A DNA stretch of 64,000 bases, taken from assembly GCA_002633005.1 (NCBI GenBank), contig NMRA01000033.1, positions 1,416,797 to 1,480,796 on the forward strand. Direction: 5' to 3'. A program made the translations under genes and the position numbers. The notes beneath the pieces were generated by a model that worked only from the letters and a program-made list of their open reading frames with translations, was not told the DNA's origin and ran no database searches. Source of the stretch: Phoronis australis. Its lineage: Eukaryota; Animalia; Phoronida. Below are positions 24,801 to 36,689 of this stretch, piece after piece. Numbering within the stretch: the first letter of the stretch is position 1; every line of letters begins with the position of its first letter.

Positions 24801-27081
24801 ACAGAAGTATATTGGGGATGTTGAAAAGCTTGTCATCATTGTTTGGTTTGGCCTGGCTGGTCTAATTAGTGTGGTAAGACTTGTTTGGTTTGGCCTGGCT
24901 GGCCTAATTAGTGTGATAAGGCTGTCAGTTCTGTGTAGATCTGCTTTTGGTCATTACAATAGTATTAAGTCTGTGAACAATGGTTTGAAAGAAAATTCTG
25001 TCTTAGTGAACTGATGGCATTGGGCTGTGTTCTATAGACTCAACATATTAGATGTTAATGAGTTGCAGTCTGGGCTGTGTTCTGTAGACTCAACATGTTA
25101 GATGTTAATGAGTTGCTGTCAGGGCCCTGCTCTGTAGACTCAAAATATTAGATGTTAATGAGTTGCTGTCAGGGCTTTGCTCTGTGGACCCAACATATTA
25201 GATGTTAATCTTCCCTTATGGAGTGGAAACAGTGTATTCTGTCCCATAAGTCGACACCTCAACTTCGCCGACCAATCACTTGTGTGGCTGCCATTTTGCT
25301 GCTTGGTTACGCTAGCAAGATCTCGAGCATCATTTTGAAACACTCGACTTTCACTCTCATGATATTACGTGGTCTTGTGTGATCTCACTTTTCTCACAAC
25401 AAACTTGCTCCACACAGTGCACCCCACAGCAGGTGTCTACCCCGAATCAACTGTTAAAGCACACTAGTAGTTGCATGATCTGTTGCAGACAAATATCTCT
25501 TTGAGTTTTTCTTAGCTATGTCACACTTTTCTACATGGTGCATTAATATGGCAATTAGCGTTTATGCAACATGTTGGTTTATGGCAAAGTATTAGAGACT
25601 GTGATGGGATATCCAATGAGTTTACGAGCTTATTTTAGGTGCAATAAATCTGCCTTAAATCAAAAAAACAAAAATTGGATTTACACCACGTAGTTATAAT
25701 ATCATGTTCCTCACAGGGATTATCATTGGTCAATGGAAATTACGAATTAAATAAAAATAAAAAACTTTCAACTGATTTTTAAAGATATTTCAGTAGTATT
25801 TTTGTTTCATTTCTTTATGGATTTTCGCCACGTTATGTGTGACTTTACATAGATGAATTTCATAAAAATTTGTCATCTGTATCCTTTTCCATTGATTCTT
25901 GTTTAAGGCATTTGGTGTGATGCCGGCCGTATTGTACAGAGACCACTGGTGGCCATTAAAGATTGACTTCTATGACTACGTGTATCCATGGAACTTTGTT
26001 ACACTAGGCTTCATGGTTGCCATAGCACCCCTGATATTGGGGTGTCTTCTTGGAACTATTCACGTGTGCTTCATACAGGCATCGGGCCACATATCTCATG
26101 TAAGTAGAATTCCCACGACTCGATTTGCTGTGCTAAGAGAGTAGAGGTACTGACTTTCTATTTTGATTCCAAAAACAAAATACCCATATTGGAAGATTCA
26201 AATATGCGTTTATTTTTGTTCAAATTGCGATGAATCCACCTTGTATACAAAAAATATATATAAGCTGGTCTGAAATTGTTCTTTACTAACTTAAGGCCAA
26301 TTACTGGAGTTGTGGAGAACTCAGACGCTTCATTACTGCTCGAGACCAGGCCCATCTGGTGTGACTCCATAAGTCATTTAAGGCACTAGCAACGTCTTAA
26401 ACAGGAGTTTATTTTTAATCTAGATGTAGAACAAGTTGGGGCTAGTTTTGTAGCATGAACTGACCTGAGTGAAAAGCTAGTCATTTTGGCAGAAGGGAGG
26501 TTTATGGCTGCTGCAGCTCTAATTTCATGCATAATGTAAGATTCGTTCAGTCATTTTTGTTCTTCTTTTTTTTCCTCTCATGTCCTGCTTTATTGGTGTT
26601 TTTGTCATTTTTTGTTACATGAGAACAAGAATCTCTTCCACCTTCAAAAAGGATTCATTTGAGATTGTGCGCCGTGAAACTTTGTTCGATCGATTCTAAT
26701 TTTTTACATAAAATGTTACTTTATGCATTATCTTGCTGGAAATATTGCAAGCTTATGGTCTAGTATGCAGACTCCTCTTTTGAAGTGGATCACTTCAGAA
26801 TCTGTGCTAAAGATGCATAAGTCCGCCAGGTGTCATTGCTCACCACAAAAGGTTGAAAATGTACATAAAATATTCAATGGTCCTCAATGTAAATATTCTT
26901 ACAGAGAGTATGGTCGGCATTCCATGCGGAAGATGATGATGATTTTGACTTTGAAAATGATGACATCACAGCTGAAAAAGAGGTGTACAGAATGGCAGCC
27001 ATAGAAAATAGGGGCTTCACTGAACGCTCAAGTAACGGCCTTGGTAGGAGCACCTCTTTAGAAAATATGGAGAGAATTTAG
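15845..27081 (+). CDS. Divergent SLC6 (neurotransmitter:sodium symporter family) transporter-like protein, 614 aa, 14 coding exons
   Basis: Exons 15845-15980, 16646-16780, 17328-17511, 18321-18368, 18981-19113, 19670-19819, 20417-20523, 21570-21703, 22140-22276, 23214-23351, 23892-23988, 24797-24873, 25908-26099, 26905-27081. All junctions are GT-AG and phases match, giving a 1845-nt open frame ending TAG. SLC6 hallmarks: LVPY, YY..CWTFYYLWAS, PWTECYNTWN..C (EL2 disulfide), PSEEFY, GVRLYGK|ILYFT, FLLGLPLVTRGGYY, YVYPW. AATAAA at 28140. Confidence 0.88.
16166..16453. mobile_element. MITE in SLC6 intron
   Basis: TIRs GGGTGCGTTTCATGAAAAGTGACTTACGACTTAA ... TTAAGTCTTGCGTCACTTTTCATGAAAAAGTCCC. 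Confidence 0.7.
17871..18076. repeat. ~40-bp minisatellite (about 5 copies)
   Basis: Repeated unit TCAAATACAGAGAGTAGACTCCGGGCCCTGGTCCCTGTTTTA. Confidence 0.85.
19540..19605 (-). mobile_element. tRNA-derived SINE head (degenerate)
   Basis: Minus strand GTGGCTCGGTGGTTTGAGCTCCGGACTCCC...CCCAGTTTGAATCCTGGC shows A-box and B-box-like Pol III motifs but no intact cloverleaf. Confidence 0.5.
21891..22032. mobile_element. Short MITE family A, copy 1
   Basis: TIR GGGTAAAGTTCAATAA ... TTACTGAACTCTACCC. The internal GCGAGATTAC.TGAGATATT core is shared with copies at 28326 and 57344. Confidence 0.75.
24038..24374. mobile_element. Possible non-autonomous DNA element with TTAAAG-type ends
   Basis: TTAAAGGTGGCTACAAAAGC ... 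GGTTTTGAGCCACTTTA imperfect inverted ends. Confidence 0.4.
25020..25208. repeat. ~50-bp minisatellite (about 4 copies)
   Basis: Unit GGGCTGTGTTCTGTAGACTCAACATATTAGATGTTAATGAGTTGCTGTCA. Confidence 0.85.
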
Positions 27082-28325
27082 ACTTATTGTATTGTTACAT
27101 AGTATTTTTAATCCTGATTTGTATACATGTGTGCATACACTGTGTAAATTTTTTTTTTTTGAAGCATGATGAAATGTAAGTTGTTTATAAAGTTCGTTAT
27201 TGTGAGGATATTTTTTTAGTTATCAAGAAAATACATTCCGTTGCATGCCAGATTATTTATTAACCTTTATCATGTGATGTCCGTCTTTCTAACTTTAAAA
27301 AATCTTTAAGAGCCAGATTTAGAAAAAAAGATGTCTAAGCATGCACCATGAAATCTCCCTTACAGTACATTTGGATTACATTCCGAAGTATGTGTTGTAA
27401 GGTCAAAAAAGCAGACGGTTCTGGTCTTTACCCCGACTCATTTTGGAACGTGCAGCCACTAAGTGTAACAATAAAACGCCAACTCGCATCAATTTCAGCT
27501 GAGATCCCACGTGTTTTTGAAAAGCCTGATATGCAATGGCAAGAGCGGTTTGAAACTCTATGATTTGCTAAAGATAAGTAAAAAAAAAACAACTTCCGCA
27601 TCAGTTTGCTCATCTTAGATGGATTATTTTCTGGAACAAGTGATCAATTAAAAAATTGCATCAGTTTGATTTTCAAAAAAGCACATCAGAACCTAGTATG
27701 CTTTTTTGGCCCAATATCACCAGGTGTTTGATGCACTATATTTATTTTGTACTTTCATCATTTAAGCTGGTGCTTTTGCATAAAGGAGATATTACTTTTG
27801 CATACATTTTTCTCTCTACGTCATGTTCACTTGGTTTTAAATCTGATCATGTCTTGGTTTTAACATCCCCTTTTATTTGTAGTTGTAAAAGTTATTTACA
27901 AGCTTATGTTTTTATTGTTGTGGGTTTGATGTTGATCACTAGACACATTCCAAAGTTTTATTATTATATTTCTTGGACTGTCAATTTAGAATAATTGTTT
28001 CAAAGTTTTTTATCTAAAGAATGTTGAACTATTTCAAAGTGTGGAATTTTGAACAATGTTCCACACAAATCACATACCTCTTGTTTCAATAATATGCAAC
28101 ACTGTCTTGTAAATTGGTATACATTTTGTACATACTTGTAATAAATCAACGGTATTTTTATGATCACTGTGGTTTACAAAAGGACAACACACCCAATGGT
28201 CATAGTATGGATACAATGTTTTTGCTATCTGTATCATCATATTCTGAGGATTGAAGTTTTACTTGAACAGCATTCATTCAAGGACACATTTTTTGACACA
28301 AGCCAGCCAGTCATGAACGTAACAA

Positions 28326-28488
28326 GGGTAGAGTTCAGTAATGCTACATGTAGAACCTCACAAGGACCTGGCTAGAAAAGCAAGACTTCGTGAGATTACG
28401 CAAGATGTTGCCGTTCATTTTAAATTATATCAGAACACGTGATTTTGATATATTTTTCTAGCCACGAGACAGCTACTGAACTCTACTC
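28326..28488. mobile_element. Short MITE family A, copy 2
   Basis: GGGTAGAGTTCAGTA ... TACTGAACTCTACTC; the internal sequence aligns by eye to 21891-22032. Confidence 0.75.
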
Positions 28489-31199
28489 GGGTTCCTTGCA
28501 TTTACTTGTACATCAGTAATGGTATAAGGATATGATCAGTATATTAAAGTGGATCTTGCACGCTAATTCCTTATCTCGGTCTGTGACTGCTTGGTCAAAT
28601 TAACACAACAAAAAAATGACGGATGTGAATATGAAGTATGCTGAAAATTGACAAATGTTTTTAAGAAAAAAAGTTTTGTGCAGGAAATGATCCTCTGTAA
28701 ATTTCTCAACTATGTAAATCTCTCATACGTGACAGCAAGTATCGTGACGTGGTGTTGGGAATTACACTGCATGATGCGGGCTATTTGAGCTCTCAAGGTA
28801 CGTCATTACTGCAAAGGTCATCTACAGATTTGTAGATTTTTTGTTTTCACATTTACAAGTTGTCGATGAATACAAGTGCACTTTGTTTAGCGTAGATGAT
28901 GTTCAAATAGCATTGTACAGTAACGGTTGTTTAGTTCCTGCTATACAGTCATTTGCTTAGGAGCACGCAAATACATCTTTAAGTAATCAAATAAGTCAAA
29001 CAGGAAATATTTCTCAATAAAATTTCAAACGCCTATGCTACTCCCTGTAGTGCAGTTTGGAAATAGCATATTTAATGGATTTCTGCTAATGGTATTTTTC
29101 AAGTGACCTCCATTTGTACATAGCTTAGTGCCAAGTTATCTACAGCAACTGCAAATTTCATGTATTTTTGTGAACAGGTTGCCTTGGCAACTCTTGAAAT
29201 GTCACATACAGTGTGCTTAGCGTATGGGGTTGTGAAATCTATATCCTTCTCATGACCTCTTCGTTTCCAAGACGTTCGAGCAATTCTTGACAAAACCAGA
29301 GTTGAGCGTATCTGGCAATTTTCGACCAATATTTCTTCAAATTTTTCGTTCCTGTGTTCTGCTATCCACTGTTGACCTTTCTGTATAACCCAGTTAAGGT
29401 TTGCAAGATGACTCCCAAGTTAATCCTGCAGGAACCCACTTTTCAAGCAACTATACATGAAGTCTTTCACTTGGTTGCAGAAGTGTACCTGCTTTGCTTG
29501 GAAAAGAGTAAACTAGAGTTTTTTAATTATAGAATGCAGATATATATTTTCCCCCAAGAACAAGACACAAATTTGTATGTACATGCAGGTGCGTATTTGC
29601 ATATGGTGTATATTTCATTTGGGTGTAAAAATGCATATAAACAGGATTAACAACTGGCTCCACTGAGACAGCTTGGTTGTTTTTTATACACGCCAAGAGA
29701 GGGGGTACTTTTTGAAACCACTGAAGCTTTACTTCCCGATTCTAGTCTTGTCCCAACAATGCCTCTGAATTGTTATCAGATAGATTTATAATGTACAGAG
29801 ACAACAGAAAGTAAGCGTCAAGGGTAATAGTCAATCATTTATTTACAAAATTATATATAATTCATTCATAACAATGAACAATGTACTGTAGAAAAACCAG
29901 CGTAGCACGCCCATCTAATGCCACTCTTCCACATTCAAAATTTTCCAACAAAATCCTAAACTCAAACCAAAACAATTCTGCATGTGAAGATAAAATTTTA
30001 CTGCTCAGAACTAATTAGATTCGGTGGCATTTATCCCTGGTCAACCTTTCGAGACAATGCATTGCATATTTTATGATCAGACAGAACACCTTCCTTTGCA
30101 TATAATTAAAACATTCATTACTGTGCAACATATGAAATGACCAAAGCTTGCTCCCAAATGGTCTTCAACAAATAACATACCGGTAATGCAATTTTAAACA
30201 TGCAAGTGTGGACACCCCTTGTGCAGGCGCGGTCTGGTCAATTTGCATTTTGATTGGTTTTTTAACGTTTAACTTTTGAGTCCCCTATTTTAGCACAATT
30301 TGGAACATTAGCGGTGTGAATACGCCTATCAAAATGGGTCCCACACGCTCAAACTTCGGATTCTACCGGCTCTCGTTTCTATCTGGTAAGAATCTCAACT
30401 TTTTAACTCTATTGGGTCTCATTACTATCTGGTAAGAGTCTCAACTTCCCAACTGTTTAGGTTTTACTTTAGCTTACAAATTTTTCATTACTCGACTTTG
30501 GGTACTGACTTAGCTGACTTGGGAGCCATTCCAAACCTTGTGAGGGTACAATGACGACAGAAGCTAATGATGTGTTGTAAGTTTGTAGATTTGTACTTTA
30601 TATATAGCGCATAATTAACTCATTAGATATCTCTTCTCCCTTGTTTCTCTCTCTATAAGTTGTCACCATGGTTCTCTCGTATGCAATTCGAACGAGTGAA
30701 TAAGTAGTATTTTTATCGGCTACGAACAGCCGACACTTAAGATACTACTGAAGTAGATCGGTACTGGTTGCTCTACCGTTTCCCGTTTCACAAGCACATA
30801 GAGCCCTACAGACACATAGAGACCTTCCAGAGACACACAGAGCCCTTCTACAGACATATACCTGAAAAAAGCGCTAACATGGTTTCTCAAACAATTAAGT
30901 TGACAAATTTTGTGAGATGCTTTCTGTATTGGCAGAGACTCAAGAGAACTGATTCGATACCACTCAGTAAGAAATTTGGACAGTGAATGTTAGGGTGCAG
31001 TGTGTTGACATAACACGACTACTGGGAGATAAAAGACAGTGTCACACTAAAGCAACTCCTTTTCAACACAAAGAACAGAATTACATAAACCCATTGCACA
31101 AAGTAGTTATTGTCCCCAGGGCACAGTTAATTAGTAAAGCAAAGTAGTTAATGATCTAATCAGATTTCAGCCAGCCCAGCAATTGTGAATGCAGGATTG

Positions 31200-34030
31200 A
31201 ACCTTATAATGAGACTTCTAGCAAAAGGAGTTTTTTTATTCAAATGAGATGAAGCATGGGACACAAAAGATATTGACAACAAAGCACTTCGAGCAGGCTA
31301 ATAGGAAGCACATCAGCTGTAGGCAAATGGGTTCGAATCGGTGGCCGCAAGGGCGCTGGGACATGAGGAAAGCTCACCTGGTCTCCAGTTACAGCAGTTC
31401 AGCTCTCCAACTGCTGTTTATAATCTAAAAAGTATCAACTTGCCAACAAACTATTATTACTGTTGACAATAGATGGCACTCGATTACTTTGCTCTACAGA
31501 TATGCAGACCGTTAACGTGACACGGGCAACACGTCAACATGGTGACAACCAATCTGATGTGGATTGTGTTTTAGACAATAATTGTGAAAAATCTGAGCAC
31601 AAATCGTGTGCGACACTGTCTTTACACTGCTCTACAATGCAGTCCACCGTTAGCTCCAGACCACCATCACTGCCACTGTGTTCAAAATGGACTCCTCAAA
31701 GAGTTGTGAAGTAGCTGGGTGGGCATGCCAGAGGGACTGCTTCTTAGATGACCAACATGAGGATGGACTGATTGATACTGGCCAGTGTTTTGACTGCCGG
31801 GAAAGACTGAAGTCTTAAACCATTAACACAAGGTATTGTCAAGCGCTTTGTGGATGCGGGTGCAAAGCAGCCACAAGCCATCTATGTTGATGAGACTGCT
31901 GTGTTACATATGCATGAGGCTCCAGTCTTCAAAAGCTGTCTGCTCCCTGGACGTCGCCCATCTGTCTGGACTGTTGGCACTTCATGAGGCGCTTTTCAAC
32001 TGCTTGCCATACAAAGTCACATCCCCTGTACAAAGTGTTTCTCCACCAGCAGTATGCTTGCATCTTTGAATGGCAGGCAGCAGACAAGTTGCACCTGGCA
32101 ACGCGAAGGCACCAAGAAAGCAAGGAAAGAAGGGACCGGACACCTACGTAAGTTGACAAGGCCACCAAAGGAAAAAAAACCTGCCACTTAACTACCGCCA
32201 AAGGACCAGACTTCTACACATTATTGAGAAACGAACTGAGAGCTTGCTCAGGCTTCTGGATGGTGAAGCCGGAAGGGACACATTGGGGTTCCCACTTCAT
32301 GACAGTGAGAAAGTGTGATCAATCTGGATAACACAGAGGCAACACCTGAAGTGTATATTGTAAGCTGTTGATAGAACTGTTGCCAAAAACTAATGTATAA
32401 AATGGCGATTCAATGCTCATTGGTAACCTAATACATTGCAGCGCTCTTGTTGGTCCGGGTGTGTTGGCCCAGTGGCCTGATGCAAGCCGTGTTGTTGCGG
32501 GGATATACTCCATCTTGTGTAACCTGTAACAGTCCAACGGAAAGGGTCGTGGCAAAGCTGTCTCAGGAAGATGGTCCAATGTTTTGGAGGACTACAGCAA
32601 GATTCAGCATCTGCTGATTAACAATGCCAAAGTCATGGACCAAACTTCCTTGGCATTATACCACATTTATCAATATACACATTCACAATTACTAGGATTA
32701 GTATAGGAATTTAGCAAAACTTGGCAAAGTATCTTGTGGGTCCTTGAGAGTGCCAATACCTGGATGAGGAGCAAGTGAACACCATAGTCTCTTTATGAAG
32801 TGCATTGGACCCATATGACAAGATAAGGGTCAGTTATCCAGCACGTTCCCGTGACCGCATTGCGCAAGGGAGGTTTAAGTCTCCAAGGTCAAAGTCGGGG
32901 ACCGAGACTACTGGCCTGGAAAGCACAAATAGGTACAATTCGTTGGAAAGGGTACTTTGCATTATAATGCCTTAAGATCTTGGAATGTTATTTAAACTCT
33001 TGATACAATACTGCTGTTAACTGTTGTCTTTTCAAATATATTCTAAACATAGTTACTATCATATTAATATACAAAGTATTTAATATTAATTTATAACTTT
33101 TTGAAAAAAATGTGAGCTTTTGATAAAACAGTTACCACAAACTAATGTATGAAATAATAATTCAACACTCATTGGTAACCTAATAGATTGCAGAGCCTTT
33201 GTTGGTCCGGGGAGTGTCGGCCCAATGGCCCAACATGACCTGTGTTGTTGCTGGTATATGCTCAATGTTGTGTAACCTGCATCAGTCCAAAGGAAAGGGT
33301 CGTGGCAAAGGTGCCTCAGGAAGGTGGTCCAATGTTTTGGAGGATTATATGAAAATTCCACATCTGCTGATTAACAATGCCAAGGTGATGGACCAAACTT
33401 CCTTGGCATTATACCACATTAATCAGTACACGCTGTCACAATAATTACTAGGATTAGTATAGCAATTCAGCCATGGGTTTATTTTGTCTTAATTAGAATT
33501 TTCAGCATACAACATACATTTCAAGTTTTTTAAACTTGGACACTTAAAAGTTGATACTTTATTATCCTGAAGATATTAGCTAGTATATCGGTCAAGGGAA
33601 TTTAGACTCTTAATTGAAGACAGCATTTGAACTAAGCTATTTTAGCTTACAACCAAAGTCACAGGAAAACAAATGTGAATTGTTCCCTGTATTGGAATTC
33701 CATTTGTACTTTGCTTCTTGTATTCACATTTTAATTACATTAATTTTATCAAAAGATAAAGAAGAATTCAGCAATCTATAACTGTTTCCTCACCTGTATC
33801 ACGTGCCCAATCACGTAAAGAGCTGCTGGGCGTCGGGAGAGAAGTGAGGTTGAAGTGGTCATATTTTAGGAAGCCAGGGTTCAATAAATGTAAGTTCTGT
33901 GGGAAGTTCAAAATTGCAGCAACTGGACACAGTCAGATGAGCAAACCGATTTGCGTCTCTTACTGCCCAGCACGAGAGGGAGCTGATGGCACAACAGTAG
34001 AACAATGGAAAAAGCAGTTAACAAAATAGT
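31200..34030 (+). pseudogene. Decayed, intron-containing DNA-transposon transposase (DxxH-type DDE; resembles DUF6729-like proteins)
   Basis: Frameshifted/stop-interrupted motifs: KMDSSK..LGGHARGTA, ILASVLT..GIVKRFVDAG..P.AIYVD, LDCWHFMRRFSTACHTKSHPLY, ACIFEW, GRFKSP..GLESTNR, QWP..LCNLH..RWSNVLEDY..LLINNAKVMDQT, and C-terminal CKFCG..TGHSQ..YCP..VEQW. The family name is from recall and has not been verified; the boundaries are approximate. Confidence 0.7.
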
Positions 34031-35699
34031 CCCATTTTTAATCTGTCAAAGTCAGTGAAGTGTGGTTAAAATTGCAGGCATTTGCATTTTGTATGCGGTT
34101 TATGGTTATGTAAATCTTGAACCCGCCGTGGAAATATATATGGCAAACATTTTTAAGTCTGGACTGCCCCACCCGTCATGCTGGCACCTCAGATTCTCTC
34201 CCAGTTTAAGCTTTAGCAATCTACTTCTGTCATCAAACAGTACAGGGTCATCTAACTCCAAATGGATGTTACTTGCGTCATCCGTTTCATCACCTGTCTC
34301 ATGTGCCCCATCAGGTAAAGATCGTCGGGTGAGAGGCGTGTTGCTAATAAGCAGTCTCATGTTAAAAAGCCTGGGTTCAATACTTCGTTTGCAATTAGCT
34401 CAGCATGCAAAGTAATTAACAGTTCTGTTTGGTCTATGTAGGAAAGAAATGGGATGTCGTCACTAAGCCTGATGGCATGCGCTTTATCACCAACATCACC
34501 TTCACGGGAAGTTCCCTTTATATAGCAGCAGAGACAGTAAACTTTGCTTTGTGTCGAAGACCACTGACAATGTGCAACTACAAGGCAAAGATATTTTAGA
34601 ACACATCCACAGCTACTGAATACGGTAAAAAATACTTATGTAACAGGAGTTCTCGAACTTTGTTTGGGTTTTAAGCTATTACTTAAGCTTGATGACAACT
34701 GTGGTGTATGACGTTTATAAACATTTCTTTGTGGCGAATTCTCATTGGTTAATTTTTAGTGTATCGCATTTGATGCGGCGTTTCAGCCGAATTTCTTTTC
34801 AAGAAAAGACGCGTTTTGGTTTTCTCTAAAAATTCTACATTCTTTTTCTGAGTCTTACGGGTCGTAGGCATACCATGCTAGCTGGTAAGACAATTGTAAA
34901 ACTAACAAATTTACACTTTACAAAGTATTTTTTTAATTTATACGGCTGATTCTCCGGTAGTAAAATCACTCGTGCTGAAATGGGTGGATCTGTTCTGTGA
35001 GTTATGATTATCACGTTGATGTGTTCAACATAATTAAATCCTATTTCAATAGAAAGATTATTTTATTTAAAACATCAACGTTCACAAATACGGGTTTTCG
35101 TTGGAACAGAGAAAACACATCATAAAGTCTCTGTCATAATAATAATATGACATATCTTCATTTACATAAAAGGAGCGTTTGTGCTGAAAATAATCAAGAT
35201 AAAACATGTACACTAATTACCTCAAACATATGAATTTGAGAAACTGTGATCAAAATTAAATGTAGTACGCCCGATACGTAATAATTTCCAGTCACATACA
35301 GCGCCATAGTCAACCATTACTGAGTGAAGGAATGGTGAGCCAGTTTGCTTATGTAGTCACATTTTCTTTCGAAGTTTTTTAATCAGGAAAGTTAGCATCA
35401 TAATTACTGACACGATTGTACTAGGCACTGCATGCGTCTTATTGTGAACAGTCCCTTTTTTGCTCTCCTTTTGAAATGGCCAACTTTCTTAAGCACGTAG
35501 TGTTTAAAATATCCATATTTTGTGAATAGTTTGAGATGTGACTTTTCACTTAGTGTTCTGGGCATCTTGCAGTGTTGATGCCTTCATTGAGTCACCCACA
35601 TCTGCTGGTACTTATAACTACAATATTGCCTGCTAGAGATTTCAACCTAGAGGACAACAGAAGGAGTTTTTTGTTCGACTTGCTCCCTCGCAAATTAAA

Positions 35700-36095
35700 G
35701 GTCAAGCTAAACCGGGTGTTGGAGGGATAACAACAATATCAGTCTACAGAGAGATGAATGTTGCAGAGACACTCCGCCCTAAAGTGGTCATCCTACATGT
35801 GAGAAGAGGTTCACCAGCGGCTTTTAAGCCTCACCTAACATTTACAGCAGGTCTATCAAGTGCTAGCCATTCTAATGACTTGTATCTTGTATAGGTACAA
35901 CCTGGCAGGATACGACAAGAAGGCAAATAACTTGAATAGTTCGCTGTGGGAGACATTCCAACATTCTCCCAATAAAATGTTCTGGTGCTGCAGACGATTT
36001 CACAACAACTGCAAACCTATGCACCATGACCAAGTGCATAAGAACGCGCAAGGCCACTAACAACAGTATAGGTCGCTTTTAAGGATACCATCGTG
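35700..36095 (+). pseudogene. Degenerate SGNH/GDSL-hydrolase-like ORF relic (retroelement-associated)
   Basis: Fragments GVGGITT...LRPKVVILHV and MFW..RFH..HDQVHKNAQG resemble SGNH blocks II/III and the DGVHLN motif; the frame is disrupted. Confidence 0.4.
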
Positions 36096-36689
36096 ATAAA
36101 TGCCAGAAAACAGTGTCAGTGATTGCTGTTTCTTTAGATTCCATAGTTTTAGAACTAGGCGACAGCCAAATCCACGAAGGAGATTACCAATACTAACACT
36201 TGCATAACTTTGGCTTTTCTGAGAAAAGGGTGTTAAAATTTGCCTTAACTCCCTCTTGAATGAGCTCTCAATATAATGGGAAATGAGTAAAATATAACTT
36301 TGTCATTATAGTTAATCGAAATATTTTAACATTTGTATGATGCCCATGGATAGATTTCAAATGTGAAGATATTGATTTATATTATTTAGGCATTTCTGAG
36401 GAACAGTTCAAAGAAAATGCCTCAAAAATGCAAGAAATTGAGTCCCAGATTGCATATACTCTGAGGGGGTCTATATTGCAGAGAAACGTTGAATATTTTT
36501 ACCAGTTCAAAATCACTCTACTGTTCCTGCTAAATTTTTTTGTTATATTTACTAACCTCTCAAGTTTTAACTGCTGTTCGCATGCTCACCATATTGACAC
36601 AAGAGCAGAGGAATTGTTAAAACCTCTTGAGATAACGCCTGACTACAACGTAAGTCCCAAGAGATTTCAGTACTCGACTCGATCATCAA

